From an uncultured bacterium (GTDB lineage Bacteria > Verrucomicrobiota > Verrucomicrobiia > Verrucomicrobiales > DEV007), in assembly GCA_963977015.1 (NCBI GenBank), contig CAXBMO010000021.1:1-64000 (forward strand): DNA of 64,000 nucleotides. The letters are read 5' to 3'. This document shows, in pieces, positions 63,057 through 64,000 of the stretch (position 1 is the first letter of the stretch; each line of letters begins with the position of its first letter). The notes beneath the pieces are model-generated. The model had not been told where the DNA came from. It did no database searches and worked only from the letters and a program-made list of their open reading frames with translations. A program made the translations under genes and the position numbers.

Positions 63057-64000
63057 ATGACCGCTGCGATCGCTCTTACCGACACCCAGGATGCTGCAGC
63101 GGACGCGATCCGAAGGGCGGTCGAGTTGCTGCAGGCTGGTGAGGTTGTGGCCTTGCCGACCGAAACGGTTTACGGGCTGGGAGCCGATGCGCTGAATGAG
63201 GATGCGGTGGCGAAGGTGTTTGCGGTGAAGGAACGGCCCGAGTTTGATCCGCTGATCGTGCACTTGTCGGATCGGGAGCAGTTGCGCGAGGTCGCGGAGA
63301 TTCCGGAGGAGATTGAATCTTACATCCAGCAACTGGTGCAGGAGTTTTGGCCGGGGCCGTTGACGATCGTGTTGCCGAAAAAGGCGGCGATTCCGGATTT
63401 GGTGACGGCGGGGATGCCGACCGTGGCCGTTCGAATGAGCGCGCATCCCATTTTCACGAAGGTGGCGCGGACCTTGGGACGACCAATTGCCGCGCCGAGC
63501 GCGAATCGTTTCGGACGAATCAGCCCGACGTCGGCAGCGGCTGTGATGGAGGAGTTGGGGGATCGGATTCCGCTGATTTTGGATGGCGGGGCGTGTTCGG
63601 ACGGATTGGAGTCGACGATTGTGCGGGTTTCGCCGCCGGAGAAGAACAAGCCGGTCTATGAGATTTTGCGCGCGGGTCCGGTTACGCCGGATATGCTGAA
63701 GCAGTTTGGCCAGATCAAGAAACGCAAGCCGGGGAATGTCGCGAAGGATGCGCCCGGGCAGTTGGCAAGCCATTACGCGCCACGCACGCCGATCCGGCTC
63801 TTGGAGAAGCCGAGCGATTTTGTGGCGGATCCGGCCAAGTCTTACGCGCTGCTGAGTTACCGCGAAAACCCGAAGGACGGCTATCTGGATCTGCACGAGT
63901 GGGACGAAGTTGCGGCGCTGACGCCGGGGTCCGGGAAACAGGCCGAGGCGGCGGTTCGCTTCTTCTACGTGTTGCGCCAACTGGATCACGCCGGGGTTGA
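63057..64000 (+). CDS. sua5: L-threonylcarbamoyladenylate synthase (Sua5/TsaC), runs off window end
   Basis: Own translation from ATG 63057: VVALPTETVYGL, K.RP..DPLIVH, FWPGPLT, AAPSAN.FG..SPT, GLESTI, APGQL.SHYAP; no stop before 64000. Confidence 0.93.
   Translation, partial: MTAAIALTDTQDAAADAIRRAVELLQAGEVVALPTETVYGLGADALNEDAVAKVFAVKERPEFDPLIVHLSDREQLREVAEIPEEIESYIQQLVQEFWPGPLTIVLPKKAAIPDLVTAGMPTVAVRMSAHPIFTKVARTLGRPIAAPSANRFGRISPTSAAAVMEELGDRIPLILDGGACSDGLESTIVRVSPPEKNKPVYEILRAGPVTPDMLKQFGQIKKRKPGNVAKDAPGQLASHYAPRTPIRLLEKPSDFVADPAKSYALLSYRENPKDGYLDLHEWDEVAALTPGSGKQAEAAVRFFYVLRQLDHAGV

Overview
GC-rich bacterial chromosomal window. Gene content points to the PVC superphylum, most likely Verrucomicrobia: two DUF1549/DUF1553 + DUF1501 pairs, sulfatases, a multi-ATP-cone NrdA with a class Ic-type NrdB, and a double-length UvrA. 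Most of it is housekeeping or catabolic: lactonase, nrdBA with tandem NrdR boxes, tRNA-Ser(CGA), hydroxyproline-type genes, phoX, phoBR, uvrA, a type III PKS, aroK, queG and sua5. Three regions stand out. (1) 7.8-12.1 kb looks like a hollowed-out type I restriction-modification locus. A 236-bp promoter+hsdR-start unit is duplicated, and only scraps of hsdR/hsdS/hsdM remain. The cargo is kept: an intact DUF5131-TcmP pair, and a DUF1016/YhcG nuclease gene containing four in-frame DNA palindromes, whose single frameshift is repaired exactly by restoring the symmetry of the fourth. (2) 28.2-30.7 kb is a nest of a truncated IS200-type tnpA, long REP-like inverted repeats and a 23-27-bp repeat. (3) 46.8-53.5 kb holds two convergent operons, LamG-DUF1549/1553 + DUF1501 and ECF sigma + FecR-LamG anti-sigma. 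Both carry the same LamG subtype and the same upstream motif, CCTGTGACAAT-N10-CGGCATAG, suggesting a self-contained ECF signalling circuit. All family assignments come from recognising motifs by eye; no database search was run.
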